From Bdellovibrionales bacterium (GTDB lineage Bacteria; Bdellovibrionota; Bdellovibrionia; Bdellovibrionales; UBA1609): a stretch of 64,000 nucleotides of DNA. The translations under genes and the position numbers were made by a program. Location of the stretch: assembly GCA_965203095.1 (NCBI GenBank), contig OZ241877.1, forward strand, positions 320,001-384,000. The letters are read 5' to 3'. Positions 48,369 to 58,439 of the stretch are shown piece by piece (the stretch's first letter is position 1; each line of letters starts with the position of its first letter). The notes beneath the pieces are model-generated. The model was not told the DNA's origin and made no database searches. It worked only from the letters and a program-made list of their open reading frames with translations.

Positions 48369-49739
48369 TTATTTACCGGCAATCATGAGATTCTCTATAA
48401 GTATTGAGGGAGCCTTAACAATCCCATTGTAAATCTGGCTGTCATTTCCTATTTTTAAAATGTTAGAAAAAACTTTTTTTATGTTTCCGGAAACTGTGAA
48501 TTGGCAAAGGGGCCGGGCCTCGCCCTTTTCCCATAAAAAACCTTCTGATTCTATGGAAAAGTCTCCTGATGTCTCATTATAACCAGCAAAGCCTTTCAAC
48601 CAATCCACAACCAACACTTTGGGAAACTCCCCCACTAACTCCTTAAAAGAACTTTGCCCTTCTGGCAAAACAAGATTCGTTGGTGAAACCGAAAGCTCTG
48701 CCTTCCTCCAAACAGCTTTTTTGGTGTGAGAACTTTTTAAAGCCTTAGCGTAAAAAGAGTTGGTGAGATAATTTTCTAAAGTCCCTTTTAGCACTAAAGG
48801 GGTTTTTTCCACAGCAAAACCCTCTCCATCAAAGGGCATGGATCGGGCACCCCAAAGGGCCAAAGGATCATCGTAAAGCGAAAAGTTTTTGGAAAAAACA
48901 TTTCCCTTTAAAGCCGATTTCAAAATGGATAAATTTTCAAAAACTCTTTGCCCACTCATAAGATCGGCCAACCTTAGCAAAAGAGGAGCCACCGCTGGCC
49001 CGGCCTGAAACACAACAGGAAGAGGGCCGGTTTGAGGGATAGAGTAATTTAATTTTTTTAAAGCTTTGCTTGCCGCTTCCAATCCTACTTTTTTAAAATC
49101 AATGCTTTTATAATTTTTGCCATTACATTCGGACAGCCCCTGGGCCCGGTTTTGCCCATCAACAGCTAAAGAAAAACAGTAAGCATAAACTTGATTCGTT
49201 TTATAAAAACCGTTTTGACCTTGGCTGTTGGCAAAAAAGTTATAAGATCCCCCATCGATAAGAGATGAATATATAGGCTGAGCTTTTTTATCAAAACTCC
49301 AGCAGGCGGAGTTCATCTCTTTGGCTTTTTTTATTTTGCTCTCTATAGGGATGTTTTTAAATTCTTCATCATAAAAGGCAGAAAAGTTTTTATAGATTTG
49401 GTTAAAGCTGAGATCTCCTCGCTCTTTTTTGTCTGAAAATTTGAGGCTGTCTAAAGCCTGCCGGTAACAGTCCTCTATCCCCTGTAGAGAAAAATCCTTG
49501 GTGTAAGAAGCCCCTGTTTTTTCCCCTTGCAAAATGCGAAGATTCAAATGCTGAGTTTCAGAATATGAAAAATTTTTTAATTCCTTTTTTTGAAATAAAA
49601 TTTTTGTTATCCCTTCGCAAAAGCCCTGAAAATCAAACTCCACAGAATCTTTTTTGGCCAAAATTTGCAGGCGATCGCAAAATTGATGAATATGTTTTCT
49701 TTTTATAAAAAGGTTTTGATCAAGAGGCTTTTGTTGCAT
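48369..49739 (-). CDS. pmbA: TldE/PmbA family protein
   Basis: FDGEG, SGDFS, FTVSGN; overlaps tldD end. Confidence 0.85.
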   Translation of the reverse strand: MQQKPLDQNLFIKRKHIHQFCDRLQILAKKDSVEFDFQGFCEGITKILFQKKELKNFSYSETQHLNLRILQGEKTGASYTKDFSLQGIEDCYRQALDSLKFSDKKERGDLSFNQIYKNFSAFYDEEFKNIPIESKIKKAKEMNSACWSFDKKAQPIYSSLIDGGSYNFFANSQGQNGFYKTNQVYAYCFSLAVDGQNRAQGLSECNGKNYKSIDFKKVGLEAASKALKKLNYSIPQTGPLPVVFQAGPAVAPLLLRLADLMSGQRVFENLSILKSALKGNVFSKNFSLYDDPLALWGARSMPFDGEGFAVEKTPLVLKGTLENYLTNSFYAKALKSSHTKKAVWRKAELSVSPTNLVLPEGQSSFKELVGEFPKVLVVDWLKGFAGYNETSGDFSIESEGFLWEKGEARPLCQFTVSGNIKKVFSNILKIGNDSQIYNGIVKAPSILIENLMIAGK

Positions 49740-51108
49740 TTTCCCCTCCCACTGTCAGTTCTGAAACCAAAATAGGAGGTTGGCCCACAGTCACCGGAAC
49801 TAAACCACTAATAGATCCACAGTGGCCTGGTGCCAATTCCAAGTCTTTTCCCACTTTTGTAATTTTAGATAAGGTGTCTAAACCGTTGCCAATAAGGCTG
49901 GCCCCTTTAACCGCTTTGTCTAACCGGCCATTTTTGATCAGTCTTCCCGATGTCACAGAAAAGTTATAATTTCCTGTTCCCGGTGTCACAGATCCTCCTC
50001 CTAATGTTTCAGCAAATAGGCCATACTCTATGTCCTTAATCATTTCCTCTAAGGAAGAGTTTCCGGGAGCAATATAAGTGTTCCTCATTCGGGAAGTGGG
50101 GGGGAATTTATAACTTTCCCTTCGGGAACTGCCTGTCATTTTGTAAGATGTTTTTTGAGAACCCATTTTATCCACCATGAAGTTTTTTAAAACGCCTTTT
50201 TCAATCAAACAGGTTTTTTGGGTTTTATGGCCTTCATCATCCCTAAGGCTGGATCCGTATTCCCCGGAAAGAGTGCCGTCATCGTAAGCTGTAAGACAAG
50301 GCTTTCCCACTTTTTGTCCTAATTTGTCGGCAAAGATGGAAAAATTTTCCGCAACGGCAGTGGTCTCCATACCATGCCCACAAGCCTCGTGAAAGATCAC
50401 TCCGCCAAAACCTTTGTTAATAATTACGGGGAATCGCCCTGCCGGTGCCTGCTCAGCCTGAAGGTTTTGCAAAGCTTTTTTGCAGGATATTTGTCCGGCT
50501 TTTTGCAGAAGGGCTTCATCCATAAACTCGAGATCTCCTGTTTGCCCAACAACCTGAAGGCCCTCTGCTTTTTGGTTATTTCCCTCTGCAAAAGCTGAGG
50601 ACCTGAATCTAAAAAAAGGACGAACTTCCCAAGACAAAAGCCCTTCAGAGTTGGCTACCTGAACTTTTTTGCAAGTTCTAACTAAAGTGAACTGACATTG
50701 GGAGATTGAGGAGCTTTCTGCTCTTAAGTTTTTATCTAATTTTTGTAAAAAAATCTTTTCTTTTTTTAGTGGCACATAAGGTTTTAGGGAAGGCTCTTGA
50801 CAAAAGGGAGATGAAAAAGCCTTTGCCTGAGAAAAGTTTTTTGAAGGGTTTTGGCTAAGCAGAAGAGCTTTTAGGGCCTTAAGTAAACTTTTCTCATCCA
50901 AGGAATTAGTATAAGTGTAAAGCTCCTTATTCCCATAAAAAAGGCGAAGGCCCGCACCGGTATCTTTACCGCTAATGTAGGCTACAGAAGAGGATTTCAT
51001 ATCCATTTTGTGGGAAAGAGTCTCCTCTGCATAAATTTCGCAAAAGCTGGCCCCTTGAGAAAGACCAAAATGAATCACATTGGATAAAACACTTTCCGGT
51101 ATGAGCAT
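49720..51108 (-). CDS. tldD: TldD metalloprotease (start ATG 51108)
   Basis: FHEACGHGME, DDEG, RMRNTY, CG; AAGGAGG RBS before 51108. Confidence 0.93.
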   Translation of the reverse strand: MLIPESVLSNVIHFGLSQGASFCEIYAEETLSHKMDMKSSSVAYISGKDTGAGLRLFYGNKELYTYTNSLDEKSLLKALKALLLSQNPSKNFSQAKAFSSPFCQEPSLKPYVPLKKEKIFLQKLDKNLRAESSSISQCQFTLVRTCKKVQVANSEGLLSWEVRPFFRFRSSAFAEGNNQKAEGLQVVGQTGDLEFMDEALLQKAGQISCKKALQNLQAEQAPAGRFPVIINKGFGGVIFHEACGHGMETTAVAENFSIFADKLGQKVGKPCLTAYDDGTLSGEYGSSLRDDEGHKTQKTCLIEKGVLKNFMVDKMGSQKTSYKMTGSSRRESYKFPPTSRMRNTYIAPGNSSLEEMIKDIEYGLFAETLGGGSVTPGTGNYNFSVTSGRLIKNGRLDKAVKGASLIGNGLDTLSKITKVGKDLELAPGHCGSISGLVPVTVGQPPILVSELTVGGENATKAS

Positions 51109-51164
51109 AAATTCCTCCTTAACTCTATCTGACCTTATGCTTAGGCTTTGAGATAAAACAAAAC

Positions 51165-51470
51165 TCAAGTGCTTATGTCTGCTCCAATAACCTGTAGAAG
51201 CTGCAACCAATATCTAAAAAAAATACAGTTAGGGCCAGAGGATCGGGGTGGTTCACAATCGATATTTATAAACCTGATGAAAACCATTGCCATTGCCGCT
51301 GAGACCACCAAAAGCAGAACATACTCTATAATCACCTGCCCTTTTTTATTATAGGCTCTATGGGCTAAGGGCCATTGGGAAAATCCATTTGAGATTTTTA
51401 AAAAAAAAGCCCGCATTTTATGCCCTAAAAGCTCTATTCCTTTAAAAAAAATCTTTAGTGCCCCCTCCAT
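51165..51470 (-). CDS. Flp/Tad-type prepilin-like protein (class III signal)
   Basis: KKG|QVIIEYVLLLVV cleavage motif with E+5 and a hydrophobic helix. Confidence 0.7.
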   Translation of the reverse strand: MEGALKIFFKGIELLGHKMRAFFLKISNGFSQWPLAHRAYNKKGQVIIEYVLLLVVSAAMAMVFIRFINIDCEPPRSSGPNCIFFRYWLQLLQVIGADIST

Positions 51471-51677
51471 CCTTTTTATACTCTACTACTGGTTTTTTTG
51501 AAAAGTCAATACCCTCTTTTATGAAAAGCCTTGCAATTTATGACATGCCAAAAAATCTCAGTCCTTCCCACGAAAACGGGAATCCAGCAATCCACAAAGC
51601 CTTAATACTACTGGATTCTTGATCCCGAAACAATGCGGAATTTAGGAACACAAACAGAAAGGCAAACTCAAAACCTC

Positions 51678-52487
51678 TCAATGCGATTCAGGCAACTCAA
51701 GCAATTCAGAAAGAACGCTATCTAAATATCTTTTCAACTGTATTATTTCCTCCTTTGCTTGTTGGTTATGGACAGACATTGAGGCACGATCATAAACAGC
51801 TCTTGTAAAAATCCCCTTCTTTTCAATAATTTCAACAGCCTCCGCCGGAGCTTTGATATGTGCTTTTGACTTGTCTCTTTGCCTTAAAATAAAAGAGACT
51901 TTTTGCTTTTGTGTTGGCCTGTCTCTGTCCTTTTCAAGTTTAAAATCCTCTTGTGATTTCACTTTTTCATCAGGAGCCAAATAACTCAAAACCTCACGAA
52001 GAGTTTCTCTAATTTCATTGGCTGTCCCTTTATATGAGACTCTGGTTCCATCTCTAATATCTAAAAGTGCTTGCTTGTAAGACAAGTCTGCCTCCGGACA
52101 GAATTTTTTAAGAGTTGATAATACTTGATTCTCAAAATTTGAAAAGCCATTGTTTATATTTTGACCTTTTTGCCCCAAAGTGATAATTTGAGCTTCCGCT
52201 TTATCCAACTCTTTTTTTATTGCCTTGATTATTGATAAATACCTGGACTTTAAGCTGTTTGCGTTTGTTAAAGACAGAAGATTTTGAAATTTTCTGTCCA
52301 AACTGGGCTGTTCCACTTCTTTTAACTCTTGGAGTATTTGGCGGATCTCATAAAAATACTTTTGAACTATTTTTTTGCCTTTGTCTTTACAAGATTTTTG
52401 TTGGATCTGTTTTGACTTTAACTTTCTGATGTGAGTATAAAGATCGGAAATCTCATCTTTAAACGAGTTATAATGAGATATATTCAT
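51678..52487 (-). CDS. Hypothetical protein with pPIWI_RE_Y-like (HEPN-like) C-terminal domain
   Basis: ANEIRETLREVLSYLAPD...V, PTQKQKV, R-ASMSV-H. Confidence 0.6.
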   Translation of the reverse strand: MNISHYNSFKDEISDLYTHIRKLKSKQIQQKSCKDKGKKIVQKYFYEIRQILQELKEVEQPSLDRKFQNLLSLTNANSLKSRYLSIIKAIKKELDKAEAQIITLGQKGQNINNGFSNFENQVLSTLKKFCPEADLSYKQALLDIRDGTRVSYKGTANEIRETLREVLSYLAPDEKVKSQEDFKLEKDRDRPTQKQKVSFILRQRDKSKAHIKAPAEAVEIIEKKGIFTRAVYDRASMSVHNQQAKEEIIQLKRYLDSVLSELLELPESH

Positions 52488-52502
52488 AAGATGTTTAATA
52501 AT

Positions 52503-53105
52503 TTAACTTTTTGATTTTCTTTTTAGTCTAAGCTTTTTTTTGCCAGGTTTTTTTGTCATTTTTTTGTGCGACTTATTTTTTTTTGAGTTAGATTGGTCAG
52601 GTAAGGTGTAGGCTATCAAATTGTATCCAACAGGGTTTAATTTATATTTTCCTTTTTGTGTTTTTTCGATATAACCAGCATCTTTTGTGCGACTCAACTC
52701 TACAGAAACATTGGCCGGCAATTTAAAACCAGCTTGTTTAAAGTATTTTTCTATATCATTAACGCGAAACTGCTCTGCTTTTTCATCTTCCTTAGCTATT
52801 TCCGATAAATAAAATCCGACTAAAGCTATTTTTTGGACAGTCGTTTTAGGCTTTTTTTGTATTGCAAATGAACGAATATCCATAACTTTTGTTAGAGGCT
52901 CATTTTGTTGAGCAAAAATGGAGTTAGAAACAGAGCTTTTTTCTGGAGTAGTATCGTTTGAATGATCCAAATGTTGATTTAATCCCAGACTTTTAAACAC
53001 ATATTCCACAACATTTTTTTTGCTGGCTATATCTAAAGGCTTTAATATTTTGGAAATATCTTGAATAGCTTTGCCTTCAGACTCTAAACTAATTTTTTCT
53101 TCCAC
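52503..53105 (-). CDS. Hypothetical protein with winged-helix-like C-terminal domain and basic tail
   Basis: AAGGAGG RBS; DIRSF..KKPK, VGFYL, YFKQAGF, KDAGY...YKLNPVGYN. Confidence 0.6.
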   Translation of the reverse strand: MEEKISLESEGKAIQDISKILKPLDIASKKNVVEYVFKSLGLNQHLDHSNDTTPEKSSVSNSIFAQQNEPLTKVMDIRSFAIQKKPKTTVQKIALVGFYLSEIAKEDEKAEQFRVNDIEKYFKQAGFKLPANVSVELSRTKDAGYIEKTQKGKYKLNPVGYNLIAYTLPDQSNSKKNKSHKKMTKKPGKKKLRLKRKSKS

Positions 53106-53450
53106 TTTGACCTCCTTAATTTATATAAACATAAAAAAAACTTATATATAGATGAGTAGTTGAGGCTTTATGTTTCTTTTTCATAAAAATCCTCTCTATT
53201 CTCTAATCAATTTATAAGCTTTCTTACACCTCCTGTCAAGTTCAATTATTAAGACCTCAGAGTTTTTTCAATTTCTTTTCTCATCAGGCTGTTTTTGAGG
53301 CTTGAGAGAATCCATTTGTTGTCTCTCTCAAGCCCAGCTTGTTGGTTCAGCTCGCGATTTGATAGTCCCACTTATCCAGATCAAGTAAAGAGATCCTTGC
53401 TGATGGCCTTTCTGTTCTTGACCCCTCTCAATGGCTCATATTCTGCGGTG

Positions 53451-53867
53451 TTAGTAAGTGAGCCAAATAGCTGTTTCAGCATGGCGGGCAGTGGGAAAAA
53501 GCCTTTCTTTGTGTTTAACTTCTATCCGTGCCAAGTGTATATTAGCACGGGAGAAGTCGGCAGTTCCTATCATTCCCTCTAAGTTAGCACCAGACAGGTC
53601 TGTTTCAGTAAAAAAAGCACCGTCCACAAGGTCAAAATGTAGATTAGCATGTTGTAAGTTAGCATGGTTCAAGTGTGCATAGCGGAGATTGGCAAAGGAC
53701 AGGTTTGCCCAGCGGAGATCTAAGTTTTGAAGGTTGGCAAACTCAAGATGGACTCCGATCAGGTCTTTTTTTCCCTGTTTGATTTGTTCTATCAGCTCTT
53801 TTTGGCTCAAGATTTTTGCTTGAGTGGGGATTGCAAGGCATAAGAGGATAAAAATCAGCTTTTTCAT
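53451..53867 (-). CDS. Secreted pentapeptide-repeat protein
   Basis: Signal peptide plus A(N/D)L repeats. Confidence 0.88.
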   Translation of the reverse strand: MKKLIFILLCLAIPTQAKILSQKELIEQIKQGKKDLIGVHLEFANLQNLDLRWANLSFANLRYAHLNHANLQHANLHFDLVDGAFFTETDLSGANLEGMIGTADFSRANIHLARIEVKHKERLFPTARHAETAIWLTY

Positions 53868-54037
53868 GGCTTCATTATACCGGCCGGCGACTCCCAGGAA
53901 AAGTCTGGTGTGCTCATTACTCTCATCCTTGTTTTCATGGCTTCATTATACCGGCCAACGACTCCCAGGAAAAGTCTGGTGTGCTCATTACTCTCATCCT
54001 TGTTTTCATGGCTTCATTATACCGGCCGGCGACTCCC
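53861..54037 (-). repeat. Tandem repeat, 2.5 x 71 bp, each unit containing TATAAT-N6-ATG
   Basis: Units start at 53861, 53932, 54003. Confidence 0.9.
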
Positions 54038-54249
54038 GGACATAATTTTTTCTTTTAAAAAATAGATTTTTTTAAAATGGACTCACTTTTTTTAGGTTTT
54101 GAGTCAAAATTGGCAGGGATTGAGACACTTTAGGCTAATAATTTATGTTTTTTAGAAAAAAAACTTAAGTAATGAGAAAGCTTAACCGATAAACTTAAGT
54201 AGTTAGAGAAATAACAAACACATAAAATTCAAACCTAAGGAGGTTTATT

Positions 54250-55041
54250 ATGGCAAAAAAATCGATCATTGATGTTTTAGAAAAGGTAGATAAAGAATTT
54301 ATGGGAAAACAATATGCAAGCATCAGAAACAAACATTTTGGGAAAAAGTCCGGGATTTACGCCCTGTATGATAAAAAGGGCAAACTTTATTATGTAGGTA
54401 GGACTTCTAATTCTAAAGGTCGGCTGAAAATGCATCTAAAAAACAAACATTCCGGGAAGTGGGATCGTTTTTCCATCTATTTTACCAAAAACAACGATAC
54501 TGCTGTTGCTGTGGAGGCTATTGCCTTAGCCTTATTACAAGATTCATGGCCAAAGGGAAATACTAATAAACCAGGAGTTAAAGAGGATAAGAACATGAAA
54601 AAGCGGATCAGCAGGGATATGAATGAGATACTCTATGGGGGAAGTAGCCGGTCTAAGAAATCAACAAGTAGATCTGGTAAAAACAAAAGTTTTAGAAAGG
54701 CTGGTTCGCGAGGCAACACTCAAAAAAGACTCAGCTTAAAAGAGCTTTTTAATAAGGGTTTTTTACAAGAACCTCAAACCTTAAAAAAGGAATACAAATC
54801 GGGTAAAACTTTTCATGCTGTCCTTCTCCCTTCAGGACAAATTGAATACCAGGGCAAAAAATACTCCGCTCCTTCAACCTCCGCGGAAACCGCATCAGGT
54901 AGCCAGTCAGAAAATGGTTGGACTTTTTGGAAAATCCAAAACAGATCCAAAAAATGGATCACTCTTGACGAGTTTGCTAAAAATCCACAAAGGCTCAATA
55001 AATTGCACCCAAACCAAGCCTTTGTAGACAAAGCAGGATAA
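54250..55041 (+). CDS. GIY-YIG nuclease fused to RAMA-like domain (paralog 1)
   Basis: GIYALY...YYVG..R...H...E; C-terminal G.IEYQGKKYSAPS..A...NGWTFW. Confidence 0.8.
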   Translation: MAKKSIIDVLEKVDKEFMGKQYASIRNKHFGKKSGIYALYDKKGKLYYVGRTSNSKGRLKMHLKNKHSGKWDRFSIYFTKNNDTAVAVEAIALALLQDSWPKGNTNKPGVKEDKNMKKRISRDMNEILYGGSSRSKKSTSRSGKNKSFRKAGSRGNTQKRLSLKELFNKGFLQEPQTLKKEYKSGKTFHAVLLPSGQIEYQGKKYSAPSTSAETASGSQSENGWTFWKIQNRSKKWITLDEFAKNPQRLNKLHPNQAFVDKAG

Positions 55042-55129
55042 ACCACTAAAGGCTAAAATAGCCTCCCCAATAATGCTTGAAAAGAAGAGGCTTTAGACTT
55101 ATCCACAGAATTTCAAAAACCGCTACAAA

Positions 55130-55292
55130 GAGGCTGTTTGAATAGCCGGCAAAGCTTCAAAAAAACAGCTTTTTCTAAATTTTAGAGCTTGATTTTACTT
55201 GCCTCCTACCGATAAAATGAATAAACTAAAATCAGCCCAAAACGGAGGTCATTTTGGCAAACAGCCCATCCCAAGCCTTTTGGCCTGATTTT
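55130..55292 (+). promoter_or_regulatory. Repeated promoter + hairpin leader, copy 1 (others 58210-58412, 63433-63666)
   Basis: TTGATT-N18-TAAAAT followed by AAATCAG.CCAAAA...TTTTGGCCTGATT stem. Confidence 0.65.
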
Positions 55293-55317
55293 GAAAGGAA
55301 TTTAAGAGGAATTTCAG

Positions 55318-55851
55318 ATGGACACCAAACTACATTTTAAACCAGACTACTATAAAATCACCAAGCTTTGGGAGCCGAATGTTTTAGAGGTTGAGGATAC
55401 TTGGTTTATCAGACTAAAAGGAATCGGCGACAATACACCCAAAGAGGAATTAAAAAAATGGCTGAGAAAGGGAAATATCGTGAGGATCATTCCTTATTGG
55501 CGAAGCAATGATGCCCGGATTGTGTCTGATGTCTGGCTTGGCAATACTCACATTAACAGGCAGTTCCCAAATTATAAAAAAGACAACCTTATACAAACTT
55601 TTGATCGATGGCATAATATTAGAGAAAATCATGATTCAGAAACAAGGAAAGCTGAAGAAAAATTAAAAGAGGCTTTTAATACAGCTGAGGGCTTAATCCC
55701 TAACAAACTTCAAAAGATTGTGACAAAATGGATAAACTATTGTCTGCTAAAAAAAAGAGACGGATCAATGCCTACTGGAACAGATGAAAAACAACTAATG
55801 AATCAAATGATTGAAAACTTTAATAAATGGAAGGAGAACCAAAATGGATGA
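55318..55851 (+). CDS. Hypothetical protein, N-terminus resembling a degenerate SNase/thermonuclease OB fold
   Basis: IRLKGIG...L..WL..G..V...DARIVSDVWLG..IN spacing; DGDT motif absent. Confidence 0.45.
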   Translation: MDTKLHFKPDYYKITKLWEPNVLEVEDTWFIRLKGIGDNTPKEELKKWLRKGNIVRIIPYWRSNDARIVSDVWLGNTHINRQFPNYKKDNLIQTFDRWHNIRENHDSETRKAEEKLKEAFNTAEGLIPNKLQKIVTKWINYCLLKKRDGSMPTGTDEKQLMNQMIENFNKWKENQNG

Positions 55852-56827
55852 AAACTTAAAAAATACTATTGAAGATTATAAACAGACAAACTGGGGTAAA
55901 CTTTTAAAAGAAGACTTAGGCGAATATAATTTAAAAGAGATAAAGCCATATTTGGATTTTATAAAAAATTTTATTGATCCACTTGTGGAAAGCTCTCGCA
56001 AACTATCTACACATCAACAAAATCTATTGATAAACTTACTCAATGAGTTTATGAACTTGCGGGAACAAATCAAAAACCATACGGATACAAGTCAAAATCA
56101 AACCATAATAGATAGCAGTATTAACTTTAAAAATCATATTTTGGACAATTATCAACATTTATCAATGGCATTAAAAATTCAACAAGAATACGATCCGGAC
56201 AAAATCCCAGGGAAACCTGAAATAGAAATAAAAAAATACCAGTCAGCTGTTAAAGAAATGAAGGAAATTTTAGAACAGGCCCGTCGGGCCCAAAGTCGAC
56301 TCTCAGAGCAAGAAGTGAAGGCTGAGGCTTCCCGTTACGGTGATTTTTTTAAAATTGAAGCAGAGAAAAACAAAAAAATGTCTTGGTGTTTTGGAATAGG
56401 ATTTCTTGTTTCTTCTCTTATGGCTGGTGGTTATGCTCATTGGTATTTAAAATTTGACTCAAATATTAAAGCAGAAAATTTTATTGAACTATTTATAATG
56501 GGAGATATGATAAATAAAATTTTTATATTTTCCATCATCCTTATTATAATATCCTTAATCAGAAGGGAATATTTGGCTCTCAGGCATCAGTTCACATTGA
56601 ACACACATAGGCACAATGCTTTAAGTTCGCATAAGGAAATTTTAAGTTCCATAAAAAAGACAGCTTCCGAATCAGACAAGGAAATATCAAATGCTGTCCT
56701 TTTGGAATTGACAAAATCCATGTTCAGCCCACAAGATACTGGTTTTGTGAAAAACCAAACAGCTATTTCTTCTGGGAGCAGAATAGTAGAAATTTCAAAA
56801 TCCCTTTTCAGCAACTCCAAAGAATAA
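55844..56827 (+). CDS. Hypothetical coiled-coil + 2TM membrane protein
   Basis: AAGGAG RBS; ATG overlaps upstream gene end; two hydrophobic helices. Confidence 0.65.
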   Translation: MDENLKNTIEDYKQTNWGKLLKEDLGEYNLKEIKPYLDFIKNFIDPLVESSRKLSTHQQNLLINLLNEFMNLREQIKNHTDTSQNQTIIDSSINFKNHILDNYQHLSMALKIQQEYDPDKIPGKPEIEIKKYQSAVKEMKEILEQARRAQSRLSEQEVKAEASRYGDFFKIEAEKNKKMSWCFGIGFLVSSLMAGGYAHWYLKFDSNIKAENFIELFIMGDMINKIFIFSIILIIISLIRREYLALRHQFTLNTHRHNALSSHKEILSSIKKTASESDKEISNAVLLELTKSMFSPQDTGFVKNQTAISSGSRIVEISKSLFSNSKE

Positions 56828-56833
56828 AAAAAT

Positions 56834-57803
56834 ATGTCCAAAATGATAACTTCTTACAAGCAAAAGAAATTGAAAAGTTTAAGTATTCATTCTACATTTC
56901 GTCCTCACTTTAAGGCAAGTAGTTTATCCTGGGGATTGTTTAAAACTTCTTAAGCAAATTCCTAATGAATCCATACAACTTATAGTCACTTCACCTCCTT
57001 ACAATATTGGGAAGGAATATGAGAATCGGCTCAACTTAGATACTTATATTAAACAACAAACTAAAACTATTAAAGAGTGTGTCCGGGTTTTATCTAAAAA
57101 AGGAAGCCTCTGTTGGCAAGTAGGTAATTATGTCCATAATGGTTCTATTATTCCCTTAGACACCGCCTTAACTCCAGTGTTTACATCCTTTAATTTAAAA
57201 ATGAGAAACAGAATTATATGGCATTTTGAGCATGGTCTTCACTGCACAAAAAGATTTTCAGGACGATATGAAACTATTATTTGGTTCACAAAATCAGATG
57301 ATTATACATTTAATTTAGATCCTATTAGAGTTCCACAAAAATATCCGGGGAAAAAATATTTTAAAGGGCCAAAAGCAGGCCAATACTCCTGTAATCCTTT
57401 AGGTAAAAATCCAGGGGATTTATGGGTAATACCTAATGTAAAAAACAATCATGTAGAAAAAACAGATCATCCTTGTCAGTTTCCTATGGAACTTGTAGAT
57501 CGTCTTGTTCTCTCCATGACAAATAAAAAAGATTGGCTTTTAGATCCCTTTTTAGGATCAGGAACCAGTATTATCTCTGCTCTTAGGCATGGGCGAAAAG
57601 GAGTAGGAGCTGAACTCAACAAAAAATATGTTGAGATCACTCGTGATAGAATAACACAACTTGAGCGTGGTTCTTTAAAAACTCGCCCGATGAATACTCC
57701 CATTTATGATCCAAAAAAACCAAAAAAACAGGCCAGAAATACCAGTCGCAAAAATGATAACCAAACCCATTTATTTGATCCTGCTGGATTAGACTTTTAT
57801 TAG
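56834..57803 (+). pseudogene. Frameshifted beta-class (N4-C-type) DNA methyltransferase
   Basis: ATG 56834 frame stops early; the +1 frame from ~56919 carries VVYPGDCL...TSPPYNIG...HPCQFP...DPFLGSGT but has no standard start before the SPPY motif. Confidence 0.75.
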
Positions 57804-57812
57804 GATAAACTT

Positions 57813-57947
57813 ATGAAAATAGCTGAAACTTACTCTCACTTAAACGGCTTAGAATATCTCTTAGTTCACAAAAAAAATCTATGGCAGGAGTTAAAAAAAG
57901 TAAGGTCGCGGTGTGCCCGTTGTTCCTATTGTCTTAATAGGTATTGA
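57813..57947 (+). pseudogene. Truncated BglII/BstYI-family restriction endonuclease
   Basis: MKIAETYSHLNGLEYLLVHKKNLWQELKKV then unrelated sequence and stop. Confidence 0.65.
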
Positions 57948-58376
57948 ATTGTAAACTCTAATAAGTTGCTTATAAAAAATCAGTTATTCTTACAGACTCT
58001 TCTGGCTTACTCCTTGCAAATTTGCTAAAAAGTCCTCCATGGCTCCCGCCGAGCTTGCCAAAAAGCTCCCCAAGCTTTTTAGCTCCCGTGAAAACGGGAA
58101 TCCAGCAATCTCTGTCCTTCTCGCAAAACTTGTTAAAAAGCCTATTCTTTAACCCTTTCGTCCAAAGGCTCTGTCCTCTTCCGCGAGAAAAACACCTTAG
58201 ACCCTCATGGAATAGCCTAAACAGCTTTTTCTAAATTTTAGAGCTTGATTTTACTTGCCTCCTCTGATAAAATGAATAAACTAAAATCAGTCCAAAATGG
58301 AGTTCATTTGGGTAGGCGAACAGCCTGTTTCAAGCCTTTTGGCCTGATTCTGTTAAAAAACAAATAAGGAGGCTCT

Positions 58377-58439
58377 ATGAAAAAACGCACAGCACCAAAA
58401 AGTAGAGCAAAACTTAATCAGGATGTTCTTTATGTTTAA
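58377..58439 (+). pseudogene. Internally deleted copy of the 63631 small basic ORF
   Basis: Same RBS and first 12 codons (MKKRTAPKSRAK), same YV* end. Confidence 0.7.

Noticed and set aside
53861..54037. Possible mini-CRISPR (35-bp repeat x3 with 36-bp intervals)
   Set aside because: The two intervals are identical, so it is a tandem duplication; no cas genes in the window.
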